Shown: positions 1 through 9,746, counted from the first letter of the stretch. The stretch: DNA of 64,000 nucleotides from an uncultured Eubacteriales bacterium (GCA_964538085.1 CAZIDF010000002.1:24844-88843); one strand, 5' to 3'. Notes: a model not told the origin generated them from the sequence alone. Translations and numbers: made by a program.

Positions 1-400
1 GATCTGTGTATCCGTTTGTATCAACGTATCGATAGGGATTTTCTGGCCAAATATTGAGTCCAGACTCATAAATCCACCATTCAATGGCTTTGTCCGTCCA
101 ACCTGAAGAGATGTTACCTTGTTGATCAGCGTATTCTGCGACCATCTGCTTGTAAATATCATCTGCGCGTTTCTGTACGGTATTTCCGTTTCCGTATCCA
201 GCTCCGGCCAGCATGTTAGCGGCATTTGCCAACCAACATGTTAATGTTTCCTCAGTGTCATGGCCGTAATCCGCCTTGTTGATATCGGGGGGAGGATTCA
301 TCTTCATGTAAACGCATGAAACACAAAGACCCATCAGGGCAATGACGAGCAAAAGGCGAATCGCTTTTTCAATTGCCCATTTTTTGTTGTTCCCTTTCAT
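1..400 (-). CDS. Putative lipoprotein with papain-like (IdeS/Mac-like) Cys motif, 3' end outside window
   Basis: Not in ORF track. Manual translation from ATG at 400 (GGAGGG RBS at 412-407): MKGNNKKWAIEKAIRLLLVIALMGLCVSCVYMKMNPPPDINKADYGHDTEETLTCWLANAANMLAGAGYG..., open to the window edge. Hydrophobic signal with CVS-C lipobox and a CWLAxAANML motif. Confidence 0.75.
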   Translation of the reverse strand, partial: MKGNNKKWAIEKAIRLLLVIALMGLCVSCVYMKMNPPPDINKADYGHDTEETLTCWLANAANMLAGAGYGNGNTVQKRADDIYKQMVAEYADQQGNISSGWTDKAIEWWIYESGLNIWPENPYRYVDTNGYTD

Positions 401-492
401 GATAATCCCTCCTGTCAAAAACAATTCACTGAATTCCCAGTATGACTAAAAAAATATTATCACATTTGAATGAAAATTGCATTTTTGACTCA

Positions 493-521
493 TTGACTTA
501 TTCGATTCATGTTTTTATCAT
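493..521 (+). promoter_or_regulatory. Sigma70-type promoter for kinase gene (near-leaderless transcript)
   Basis: TTGACT(493-498)-17 nt-TATCAT(516-521). ATG at 531 follows within 10 nt with no clear SD. Confidence 0.55.
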
Positions 522-530
522 TAGGTACAG

Positions 531-3500
531 ATGAGGGAAGATAATCAAGTTCAGTGCCCCCAGTGCCTCGCTTATAATCCAGAGGACAGCCAGTTTTGTA
601 ACAAATGTGGCTTAACTCTTGAAATAAGCCAGGATACCCTCACGTCTCCGCTCGCTGCAAAGGAAACGGAAAGCGGGTATATATATTTTGCTCCGGGTGA
701 CCAGTTTGCAGATAGATACATGATCATCGAGGAGATCGGCCGGGGTGGCATGGGGGTGGTGTACAAAGCAGAGGATAAGATATTGGGGATTAAAGTGGCC
801 CTGAAGATAATCCATCCTTTGTATTCTTCCAGCGCCAACATGGTGCGGCAGTTCAAAAAAGAAACACTTCTGGCTAGGTCGATATCCCATGAAAACGTGA
901 TCAGAATCCATGATATAGGCGTGAAAGATAATATCAACTATATCTCGATGGACTATATCAAAGGCCAGAATCTGAAAGAATTTATCCGTGTTTCAGGCGC
1001 TCTAGCCACAAAAACAGCTATCACCATTACAAAACAGATTTGTGATGCCATCGATGCAGCTCATCGGAAAGGGGTCATTCACCTGGATCTAAAACCACAA
1101 AACATCATGGTGGATAACAACGGAAATGTATACACCATGGATTTTGGCTTGGCTAGATCTGTTGTGAGTCCTGCAACGAGGTTATCGAAAAAAATTATGG
1201 GGACTCCGGCCTATATGTCCCCTGAGCAGGCAAAAGGAGAAGAGACCGATCATAAGTCCGATATTTATTCGATCGGCATCATCATGTATGAGATGTTCAC
1301 AGGAACATTACCCTACGATGCTGAAACGAGAGATGAGTACATCCAGAAACACATCGAGGAAATACCAAAATCTCCGTCTCAGATTAATCCGCTTATCCCG
1401 AATGCCATCTCAAAAATTATCCTGAAATGCATGGAAAAGGATAAAAACGATAGGTATCAGGCAGTCAAAGAAATTCTCGAAGAAATTCAGCAGCCACTGG
1501 AATACAAGATCAGCTATCCTCAGGAAGAAGCAAAGAGAAGGATTAAGCTTCTGTACATTATTCCATTGGTTTTCCTTATTGCCATCGGAGGATATTTTCT
1601 CCTGAAAAAAAAGCAAGGGGATGAACCGTATTCTCCTATCCTTGAAGAATTGGTGCGTCCATCAGTCGCGGTGTTAAGATTCGAAAACAACACCGGTGAT
1701 GACAGCTTGGCGAACTGGAGCAAGATGCTTCAGAATAGCCTGATCATCGATTTGGCCCAGTCCAAATATATCCGGATTCTGCCTGGTGACAGGCTCGCCC
1801 AAATATTGTTCGATTTAGGTTATCAAGATTCAAAAGAGTATTCATCCGAAGTCCTGGAAAAGATCGCTGAGGGGGGAAATGTTCAATATTTCATTTTAGG
1901 GAGTTATGCGAAAGTCGGGGACAAATTTTTGATTTCTGCCATGATTCGAGAATCGAAAACACAAAGGTTACTTGGAACAGAAAAAGTGGAGGGAACTGGG
2001 GAAGCCAGCTTCATCGACATGGTGGACAATCTGACAAAAAAGATAAAAAAAAGACTGAAGCTCACCCCTGAGGAAATGGCTGACGATATCGATAAAGATA
2101 TAGATAAAATAACGACCCAATCTCCTGAAGCATGGAAACACTATAATGATGGGATCAAGTATCTCCAGGAAAGAAAATTTAAGGAGGGAATCGCTTCATT
2201 GGAAATGGCGGTGGAGATCGATCCAGAGTTTGCCATGGCATATAAAGTTCTGTCCGAGACTAATCTTTCCTTGTATGATTATGAAAAGGGAAATAAATTT
2301 TTGTTGAAGGCCTTAGAATATGTATACAGAGTATCGGACAGAGAGCGTTACCTGATACAGGGCTACGCAGCATGGAGTATCCAAAATGCTTATACACAGG
2401 CGATCGAAAGTTACAAAGACCTGCTAAAAATATATCCAGACGATGAAGAAGGCAACAAGTATCTGGGTATGCTGTACAGGATGTATGAAGAATGGGATCT
2501 CGCGTTGGAATGTTATGAAAAAATTCTCAAAAGCGATAATCCTGTCGAGAGAGCGAATGCCATCGACAATATCGCATTCATTTTCATGTCCAAAGGTTTA
2601 TATGATGAAGCCATCCAGATCATGAAAACCAATCAGCACATTTTTTCCAATCAGTCATGGTTTCATAGATTTATGGGCAATCTATATCTCAGTAAGGGCG
2701 ATTACGACTCTGCGCAAAATGCAGCGGAGAATGCTCTGGAGATCGATCCCGGCTTCAGCGAAAATCACAGGCTGTGTGGAAATATTTGCCTTTTGAAAGA
2801 AGATTTTGTTGCAGCAACAAAATCATATCAGAACATGATCGATAAAGACGATCCTGATGCCAAAGCTTGGGGACTCTATTGGAAGGCCAACCTCTCCTTG
2901 ACCCAAGGCAAATACAAAAAAGCACAAGAAGAAATTTCGTCGGGACTCAGTCTCTCGCGGAATTTAAATCTGGGCTACCAAGAAACCGAATTACTGATAT
3001 TGAAGGAGCATGCTTATTTACAACAGAAAAAGGCCAAGTTAGCCCTTGAAGTCTCTAGCCAGCTTGTGGAATTGACACTAAAAACAGGATTTACGGATGA
3101 TCGGATAATTGCGCTTCACAGTCGAGGTATTTCCTATATCATGCTAAGAAACTTTGCTGAGGCCAAAAATATTGCTGAACAATTGAAAACTCTGATCGAG
3201 GATGTGGGACACCCAATTCAGATGCGTTTTTATCATCATTTGAATGGATACATTTTGTTAGAAGAAGAGAATAAATCAGAAGCAATCAGACAGTTCGAGA
3301 AAGCCTTGACTTTAATGTCTCACCAGGCGTATGTCTTCGACAACCATGCTGTATTTCTCGATGGGCTTGCATACGCATATTTTGAGAATAAGGATTTTAA
3401 AAATGCCGCTGAGCAATATGAGATGATATCCAAATTGAGTGCCGGCAGGATGACTTGGGGCGGTATATATGCAAGAAGTTTTTACATGTTAGGAAAGATT

Positions 3501-3638
3501 TATCAGATGCAAAATCGGACGGAACTGGCGATCCAGTCCTTTCAAAAATTCCTCATATTATGGGAAAATGCTGACCCGGATCTTGTAGAAATAGATGATG
3601 CAAAAAGGAGGTTGATCGAACTCCAGTCGAGATCATGA
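531..3638 (+). CDS. Membrane Ser/Thr (Hanks) protein kinase: zinc ribbon + kinase + TM + TolB-N/FlgO-like + TPR repeats
   Basis: CPQC..CNKC ribbon, GRGGMGVVY, VALK, HLDLKPQN, DFG, GTPAYMSPEQ, TM LLYIIPLVFLIAIGGYFLL, SVAVLRFENNTGD, many TPR helices. Confidence 0.95.
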   Translation: MREDNQVQCPQCLAYNPEDSQFCNKCGLTLEISQDTLTSPLAAKETESGYIYFAPGDQFADRYMIIEEIGRGGMGVVYKAEDKILGIKVALKIIHPLYSSSANMVRQFKKETLLARSISHENVIRIHDIGVKDNINYISMDYIKGQNLKEFIRVSGALATKTAITITKQICDAIDAAHRKGVIHLDLKPQNIMVDNNGNVYTMDFGLARSVVSPATRLSKKIMGTPAYMSPEQAKGEETDHKSDIYSIGIIMYEMFTGTLPYDAETRDEYIQKHIEEIPKSPSQINPLIPNAISKIILKCMEKDKNDRYQAVKEILEEIQQPLEYKISYPQEEAKRRIKLLYIIPLVFLIAIGGYFLLKKKQGDEPYSPILEELVRPSVAVLRFENNTGDDSLANWSKMLQNSLIIDLAQSKYIRILPGDRLAQILFDLGYQDSKEYSSEVLEKIAEGGNVQYFILGSYAKVGDKFLISAMIRESKTQRLLGTEKVEGTGEASFIDMVDNLTKKIKKRLKLTPEEMADDIDKDIDKITTQSPEAWKHYNDGIKYLQERKFKEGIASLEMAVEIDPEFAMAYKVLSETNLSLYDYEKGNKFLLKALEYVYRVSDRERYLIQGYAAWSIQNAYTQAIESYKDLLKIYPDDEEGNKYLGMLYRMYEEWDLALECYEKILKSDNPVERANAIDNIAFIFMSKGLYDEAIQIMKTNQHIFSNQSWFHRFMGNLYLSKGDYDSAQNAAENALEIDPGFSENHRLCGNICLLKEDFVAATKSYQNMIDKDDPDAKAWGLYWKANLSLTQGKYKKAQEEISSGLSLSRNLNLGYQETELLILKEHAYLQQKKAKLALEVSSQLVELTLKTGFTDDRIIALHSRGISYIMLRNFAEAKNIAEQLKTLIEDVGHPIQMRFYHHLNGYILLEEENKSEAIRQFEKALTLMSHQAYVFDNHAVFLDGLAYAYFENKDFKNAAEQYEMISKLSAGRMTWGGIYARSFYMLGKIYQMQNRTELAIQSFQKFLILWENADPDLVEIDDAKRRLIELQSRS

Positions 3639-4720
3639 ATCCAAACGCTCAATTTCTCTCCAAAAAGATTTTTTTTCTATTCTAATCGTCTTTCGTAGTT
3701 CACAGGTCCATGCCGGTATTTTGCCCAAAACTCCTGTGGCATAAGCTGCGCTCACAGGACAGATTGTGCAATCCATTATATACTTGCAACCCACACAATA
3801 TTTATCATCGGAATGACAATGGCTCATCTTTATCTGCTTGTAGTTTGCCACAACTTCAGGATGGATCTTATGATGATTTCTTATATAGTGATCTAGGTGC
3901 CCGAAACAGTATTTTTGAAATTCTTTTGTTCTTTCCTTCCCTTTGAAAAAGTCCGTAAAGAGGTAACAGCCCCATAATCTTCCCTCCGGAGATAGGGCCA
4001 TTTTGCTTTCCCCTCCTGTGCAATAAAGGATTCCCTTTGATGATTCTTTTCTGAAATTTTTTAAGGGAATCCGCCCCGTTCGTTTATAAATGGAGATCAT
4101 GGACTGTTTCAATGCTGTTAGTTCTTCCTCAAGCTTCTCCAGTGATTTTTTATCCCAAGGATGTGTATTGGAAAATGACAGTAAGATATTTTCCACACCC
4201 AGCCCTGCAATAAAATCGATTGATTTGAATAAATACTCGACTGTCTCCGGTATAAACACGCTGTTGGTCTCCAATATGATGTCTGGATTTTTTGTTAAGG
4301 TTTCAATCAGTGCTTCTGTTTGGTCAAAACTTCCCGGCTTCCTTGTGATTTCCTGCGCATAGCCATCAAAACTCAAAAGAATATAAAACTTGTTTTGGGA
4401 TAAAAAATCGAGAGTGGAACTATCTATGAGACTGCCATTTGTTGTCAACGAGTATCGAATCTTCTTGTGAGAGGTCTGTTGGTTTTTTTGAATATGGGAA
4501 ACGGTTTTTTTGATCGTATTATAAGCCAGGAGGGGCTCTCCACCTGTAAAATCAACTGAACAATTATCAAAAAAATAAGGATAAAAAAAATCGATAGTTT
4601 TTTTTATCTGATCTATAAGGAGTCGATTTGTTCCTTTTTTTTTTGGTAGCAGTAAGTGCAATAATAATTGCACTCTTCTGTCAAAAGGATCGTGAACTTA
4701 GAGATCTTCATGGTCTGCAT
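3633..4720 (-). CDS. Radical SAM/SPASM-domain enzyme, frameshifted at an A10 tract (4635-4644)
   Basis: Upstream frame from ATG 4720 (or 4711) reads MQTMKISKFTILLTEECNYYCTYCYQKKK (CxxxCxxC). Downstream frame has FTGGEPLL, LTTNGSL, LSFDG and SPASM-like CTGG..SPEGRLWGC..CVGC..CTICP..C. An A11 or A8 tract would join the frames (~362 aa with A11). Confidence 0.9.
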
Positions 4721-4748
4721 TTTTCAGACAGAATGGTAGAGAAGTTAT

Positions 4749-5060
4749 TTAAACAACAGGGCTACCTGGTCCGTGACAGCCGCCCCCATCTCCATCGGGC
4801 CAAGAGGAATCTTCTTCAACCGTCTCATGCAAATCGGCCATCGCTTCTTCGAGCACAAAAATCTTATGGATAAGATTTTCAATAAACTTATCCATTTTCG
4901 AGAGACATTCACGAAGCATATTTTGTTTATCCGGCGGAAGCTCTTCAATTAATTCCTCAATTATTGACCGGCAATCGTAATGCTTTTTCCATTTGGCATT
5001 CTGCTTTTCACGCGAATAACTAAGTTTCTCTAAAAGCTCTTTTCTTTTTTTTCTTTCCAT
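4749..5060 (-). CDS. Putative RiPP precursor (helical leader, Gly/Pro-rich C-terminal core), 103 aa
   Basis: ATG at 5060 with GGAGGG RBS. MERKKRKELLEKL...EEDSSWPDGDGGGCHGPGSPVV. Stop lies 28 nt upstream of the radical SAM start on the same strand. Confidence 0.65.
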   Translation of the reverse strand: MERKKRKELLEKLSYSREKQNAKWKKHYDCRSIIEELIEELPPDKQNMLRECLSKMDKFIENLIHKIFVLEEAMADLHETVEEDSSWPDGDGGGCHGPGSPVV

Positions 5061-5087
5061 TAAATCCCTCCTTCTAAAATTATTTTT

Positions 5088-5117
5088 ATTATATATGGAA
5101 AATTCAAGTGCAGTCAA
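5088..5117 (-). promoter_or_regulatory. Sigma70-type promoter for the precursor/radical SAM pair
   Basis: Minus strand TTGACT(5117-5112)-18 nt-TATAAT(5093-5088), upstream of the RBS and ATG 5060. Confidence 0.6.
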
Positions 5118-5148
5118 ATACATTTGTACGAACAATCAGACAACGGTA

Positions 5149-7704
5149 TCATTGAAGTATTGTTAGCTCCATTTTGGCCTGTTTGGACTCGAGAATCTCA
5201 GGGTCCGCATCTTTCCAGAGTTCGAGGAATTTCTGATAATTTTCAATGGCTTTTTGAGGCTCCCCTCTCTTTTGATATATCTTGCCCAGCCAATAATAGC
5301 TCCGGGCATAAATATCGCCCAACTGTATGCATCCTGATGTCAGTTCTGTGATTTTTTCAAATTGCTCCGAAGCTTTTTCCTGTTCATTCGTTTTGTTATA
5401 GGCCATGGCCAGAGAGTACAAATAGAAGGCGTGATCGTCCAAGGCTTCATGTTGAAAAGACAAAACAGAAGTGGCTTTTGTGAATTTTTCCAATGCCTCA
5501 GAGTCTCTATTTTTGTATAGTGCTATCATTCCTTCCAAATGATAATAATATCTCATGTATTTTGGGATTTTTAAGCTTTCAAGATAGTTTTTGAGGTATA
5601 TTGCGGTTTTTTCCGCTTCTTCGGCATTATTCATCTGGAGTTGGACGACCCCCCGAAGACTCAAAGCCAAAATTCTATCATGGTGGAAATTGAGCTCCTT
5701 TGCTATGATCTCAGACTGTTCTAACACTTCGAGCGCTTCCTCGAGATGGTTCATTTTGAGATAGACATAGGCGAGCTGATTCAAGAAGGCCACCTTGTCT
5801 GATTGCTTATGATCTTTTTCTGCTTCTTTTATCGCATCTAGAATAGAAAGTTTGCAATCGTAATACCTTCCTTGGGAGATGCGCAAACAGAATAACCATA
5901 ACTTTCCATAAAATCTGGTTATCGGATTTTCACTGTGGATCATCGAGTTGAAATAATTTTCAGCACGGCCGAATTTATCCTGGATCAAATACAAGTGTCC
6001 CAATAGATTTTTTCTGCATTTTCGTAGGAATCCTCCAGGATCGTTTCTGCCCAGCCTTCCAGAAGATAGCGGTCCCTGAGAGAGACTTTATCTTTTATGG
6101 ACAGGGCGGATCTTGCGTATTGCTTGCCTTGGATGTACAACTTCAAGGCTTCGGGTAAATCGGTGAAAATATCCTGTATCTTTTTATCCGAATCGGCGGC
6201 TATTTCAGCGCTTTCGATCTTGAGTTGCGATTTAACCCATTGGGTGATGTCGCCAGCCGTATTGAAAAATGTGATGTCCCCCTTGCCTTCGAACCTTCGG
6301 ATCGCCAGATCTTCCATCATTCCATTCTTAAGCACGACATCGATGCGATAGACATCATCTGCTTTGGTATAATGACCGTACAAGAGATGGTTTGCCCCTC
6401 CACGCATTGTCACTTTGTTTAAATCTTCAGAGGAATAATTTTTTTCATCCACAAGGTTCAGATTTTCGAGAATACTGAATAGACCATCGCTGGGAAGAAC
6501 TTTGATCAGGTTGGATTGCTGGAGATCATATATGATCAAATAGCATAATCCCATTCTCCATTCCTCAAGGCTTTCATCGCCCGTGTGGTTTTCGAAAAAC
6601 ATCACAATCAACGGTATTTTTCCTCCTGCGAAATCAGTAGGAACTACCGGCTTATTTTTCCCGATGATTAAATAAATGCCTACAGCAACCAGTAGAAAAA
6701 CCGGAATAAAGAAGAGAGAGCGCCATTCCTTTTTGGATTTTGTTTGTGGCATATAGGTCTGGGATTCTTCTTCATGGGCATGCAAATCTTCGAGGATATC
6801 CGTGACATTCTCGTACCTTTTGTTCTTGTCTTTTTTCAAACATCTGAGGACGATGTCTTCGAGAAAAGGCGGGATTTGTGGCATGATTTCCGAGGGGCGG
6901 AGGGGCTTTTTATGGATGTGCATATCCACGTAATCGTCCAGATTATCTGCATCGAAAGGCCTCTTTCCCGTGAGCATTTCAAACATAATTATGCCCAACG
7001 AGTAAATATCGGAGCGTGTATCCACCTTTTCACTCTTAGCTTGTTCAGGGGATATGTTAGCGGGCGTCCCTATGAGTTTTTTTTCTTGGACGATCTCTCG
7101 GGCTCCAAGAGACCGCGCCACCCCAAAGTCAATGATATAAACCTTTCCATCACTGTCGATCATGATGTTGCGCGGCTTTGAGCCCTTCACAGATCTGCTT
7201 GCTTATGCTGATAGCAGTCTGGAAACTGAGTGTCCCGGAAGTATGGATTAGCTCTTTGAGATCGTGTCCCTTGATATAGTCCATGGATATGAATTTGATG
7301 TCATCCACATCCCCCAAATCGTGGATCCTTATCACGTTCTCGTGAGAGATCGATCGTGATAACAGCGTCTCTTCCTTGAAACGCTGGATAAACCGGGGAT
7401 TGGAAGAGTAGGCTGACCGGATCATCTTGAGGGCGACCGTGATGTTCAGCTCTTGATCCTTAGCCTTGTAAACCCGGCCCATTCCCCCTCTGCCGATCTC
7501 TTCGATGATCCGGTATCGTGGGCCAAACTTGTCTCCGAGCGAGAATACAAGGTGGTCGTCCAGAATTTTTTCTAAAGGTGGGGTATAAGTCAGGGTATAG
7601 GCTTTATCCATGACATAATGCCCGCACCTGCTGCAAAAACGGCTGTCATCGGCTATGGGCGAATGGCATTGCAGACACCGAAAGGTCTTGGACTCGTTTC
7701 CCAT
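5149..7704 (-). pseudogene. Disrupted paralogous Ser/Thr kinase-TM-TPR gene in three fragments (7704-7150, 7190-5985, 6003-5149)
   Basis: Same architecture as 531-3638 (CLQC..CSRC, GRGGMGRVY, VALK, DFG, TM, FFENHTGD, C-terminal FLELWKDADP). The catalytic-loop segment between KAA and KPRN is missing with a frameshift at ~7175, there is an in-frame TPR loss at ~6115, and a large TPR deletion plus frameshift at ~6003. Confidence 0.88.
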
Positions 7705-7778
7705 CGATATTATATATATAAACAAATATAAACAAAGATGATCTAAGTCAATCTCTCTCGATAGGCTAAAATTTTCCC

Positions 7779-9746
7779 CTATTCTTCTTTTTTGGGATAG
7801 ATCCGGGCAACCCAACCTCCACCCGGTGCAAGCTCGATCTTCAGTTTGTCTCTAGCCGAGAAGGAGATGACCTCTTTTTTGTAGTCACTGCTATAGCGCC
7901 GGGCATTTATGCCATCCTTGAGTATCTCTGCTCCGAATTCCCCTTCAGGTAAAAAGGACATATCGACTTCGAGCTCACGGGCTGTCCAGTCTGTCATCGC
8001 TCCCACATACCATTCCTCTCCAGATTTCCGTGCGATCAGGATGTAGTCAGCCACTTGGGCATCCAAAACATGCGTTTCATCCCATACGGTGGGCACCTTG
8101 GACAAAAATTCCAGGCATTCCTTTTCCCTAAGATAGTTGGATGGACTGTCAGCCAGCATCTGCAGAGGGCTTTCGTAAACGACATACATAGCCAGCTGAT
8201 GGCATCGGGTTCCCATGCTCATCGGCCGGGTGAAAATAACCTGAAAATTTTTCTCCTGCGCATTGACCATGGCACCGGGTGTGTAATCCATCGGACCGGC
8301 GAGCATCCGGATAAAAGGGAGGGTGACGTTATGTTCCGGGGTGACGTTTTTCGACCACTTGTTGTGTTCCAGCCCGAGAACACCCTCGCGCGTCAGCACA
8401 TTGGGATAGGCCCTTCTCAGCCCAGTGGGTTTGTACGCTCCATGAAAATCGACAAACAAGTGCCTCTTTGCCGCTTCTTTGGCGATCTTGTGATAATAGT
8501 TCACCATCCACTGGTCGTCCCTCTGCATGAAATCCACTTTGATCCCCTTCACGCCCCACTTTTCGAATTGGCCCAATGCTTCGTGAAGCTGGTCGTCCAA
8601 GGTTTTCCACACAACCCAGAGGATGATGCCGACATTTTTTTCTCGAGCATACTGGATGATCTCTTCGATGTTCATATCTGGATTTATGTCGAAAAGATCT
8701 CCCAACACATACCAGCCTTCATCCAAGATGACATATTCGATCCCGTGGGCTGAGGCAAAATCTATGTAATATTTGTAGGTGTCGGTATTGACCCCAGCTT
8801 CAAAATCCACTCCGTAGATATTGTTAGCATTCCACCAGTCCCAGGCCACTTTACCGGGTTTGATCCAATCGGTGTCTTGCAGTTGGAGAGGCTTGGCCAA
8901 TTTGTAGACCAGTTGATTTTCCAGAAGATCCCCGTCTTTTTCTGCAATCACGATCGCACGCCAGGGGAAGGTTCTCCGTCCTTCTGTTCGGGCTATGTGG
9001 TCATCCCGTTTGACGACCCGCACATCCCGGTCGCGCGTTTGCCTCTCCTCCAAAGACACCGCCGGAAAGATCCCCCTGAGAGTTGTGCTCTCCCTGCCGC
9101 AGAAATACAGTCCCGCATAGTCTTCAAGGTCTGCTTCTGTGATGACAACTTTGGGTCCATCTTTGATGTCGATAAGAACCGGGGGATAGCCCATTTTGTA
9201 TCGGGAGATCTGCGAGAGCGGCAGATATTCGTACAATCTTTCCTGGTGAGTGAAAAAACTCTCTTCTGCCGCGAAATAAACGTTATGATCTTCTGCAAAA
9301 TTATAGGTGACTTCCTCTTCGAGGATATCGATGGTCCTATCGAATTCCGTTTGAAATCGATAGGCCACGCCTTCATCATAAACACGAAAGATGAGATCGA
9401 AGTTATTTTTGAACTTCAGGATCATCTCATTGTATCTGTCGGTTATCACAGCGCTTTTCACGCGGATAACCGGCCGAATTTCCTGATCGGTGGACTGTTG
9501 AAAGGCATCTTCGAGGACAGGTTGAAATCCCAATTTTCCTATGTCTTTCACGGTCATCGAGATCGGAGATGGTTCGAGAATCTTTTGCGACCCATGATAA
9601 ACAGAATATTGAATTTGTCCATCTATCTTGATATCGACCTTGATTTTTTTATCAGGAGAAAAAATTTCGTATTCGTTGGCTGAAAGAGCCGGCCGCATGA
9701 AAATGGCAAACAGAAAAAATCCGATGAAGTATATTCTCCATTTCAT
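7779..9746 (-). CDS. Glycoside hydrolase family 97 (alpha-glucosidase/galactosidase), secreted
   Basis: Signal peptide, WIKPGKVAWDWW, YIDFA, LDEGW, GIKVDF, FHG, EGV, GPMDYTPG. Confidence 0.93.
   Translation of the reverse strand: MKWRIYFIGFFLFAIFMRPALSANEYEIFSPDKKIKVDIKIDGQIQYSVYHGSQKILEPSPISMTVKDIGKLGFQPVLEDAFQQSTDQEIRPVIRVKSAVITDRYNEMILKFKNNFDLIFRVYDEGVAYRFQTEFDRTIDILEEEVTYNFAEDHNVYFAAEESFFTHQERLYEYLPLSQISRYKMGYPPVLIDIKDGPKVVITEADLEDYAGLYFCGRESTTLRGIFPAVSLEERQTRDRDVRVVKRDDHIARTEGRRTFPWRAIVIAEKDGDLLENQLVYKLAKPLQLQDTDWIKPGKVAWDWWNANNIYGVDFEAGVNTDTYKYYIDFASAHGIEYVILDEGWYVLGDLFDINPDMNIEEIIQYAREKNVGIILWVVWKTLDDQLHEALGQFEKWGVKGIKVDFMQRDDQWMVNYYHKIAKEAAKRHLFVDFHGAYKPTGLRRAYPNVLTREGVLGLEHNKWSKNVTPEHNVTLPFIRMLAGPMDYTPGAMVNAQEKNFQVIFTRPMSMGTRCHQLAMYVVYESPLQMLADSPSNYLREKECLEFLSKVPTVWDETHVLDAQVADYILIARKSGEEWYVGAMTDWTARELEVDMSFLPEGEFGAEILKDGINARRYSSDYKKEVISFSARDKLKIELAPGGGWVARIYPKKEE

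Noticed and set aside
4628-4948. Short alternative ORFs (4628-4873 +, 4745-4948 -) as the rSAM substrate
   Set aside because: They overlap the 103-aa gene, which has the RBS and promoter, and they lack comparable start signals.
7717-7736. 10-bp tandem duplication TATAAACAAA x2 upstream of kinase 2
   Set aside because: AT-rich and only two copies, so it cannot be told apart from chance or promoter decay.
8055-9683. Long antisense ORFs over GH97, and similar ones over other large genes
   Set aside because: No motifs, and fully overlapped by well-supported genes on the opposite strand.
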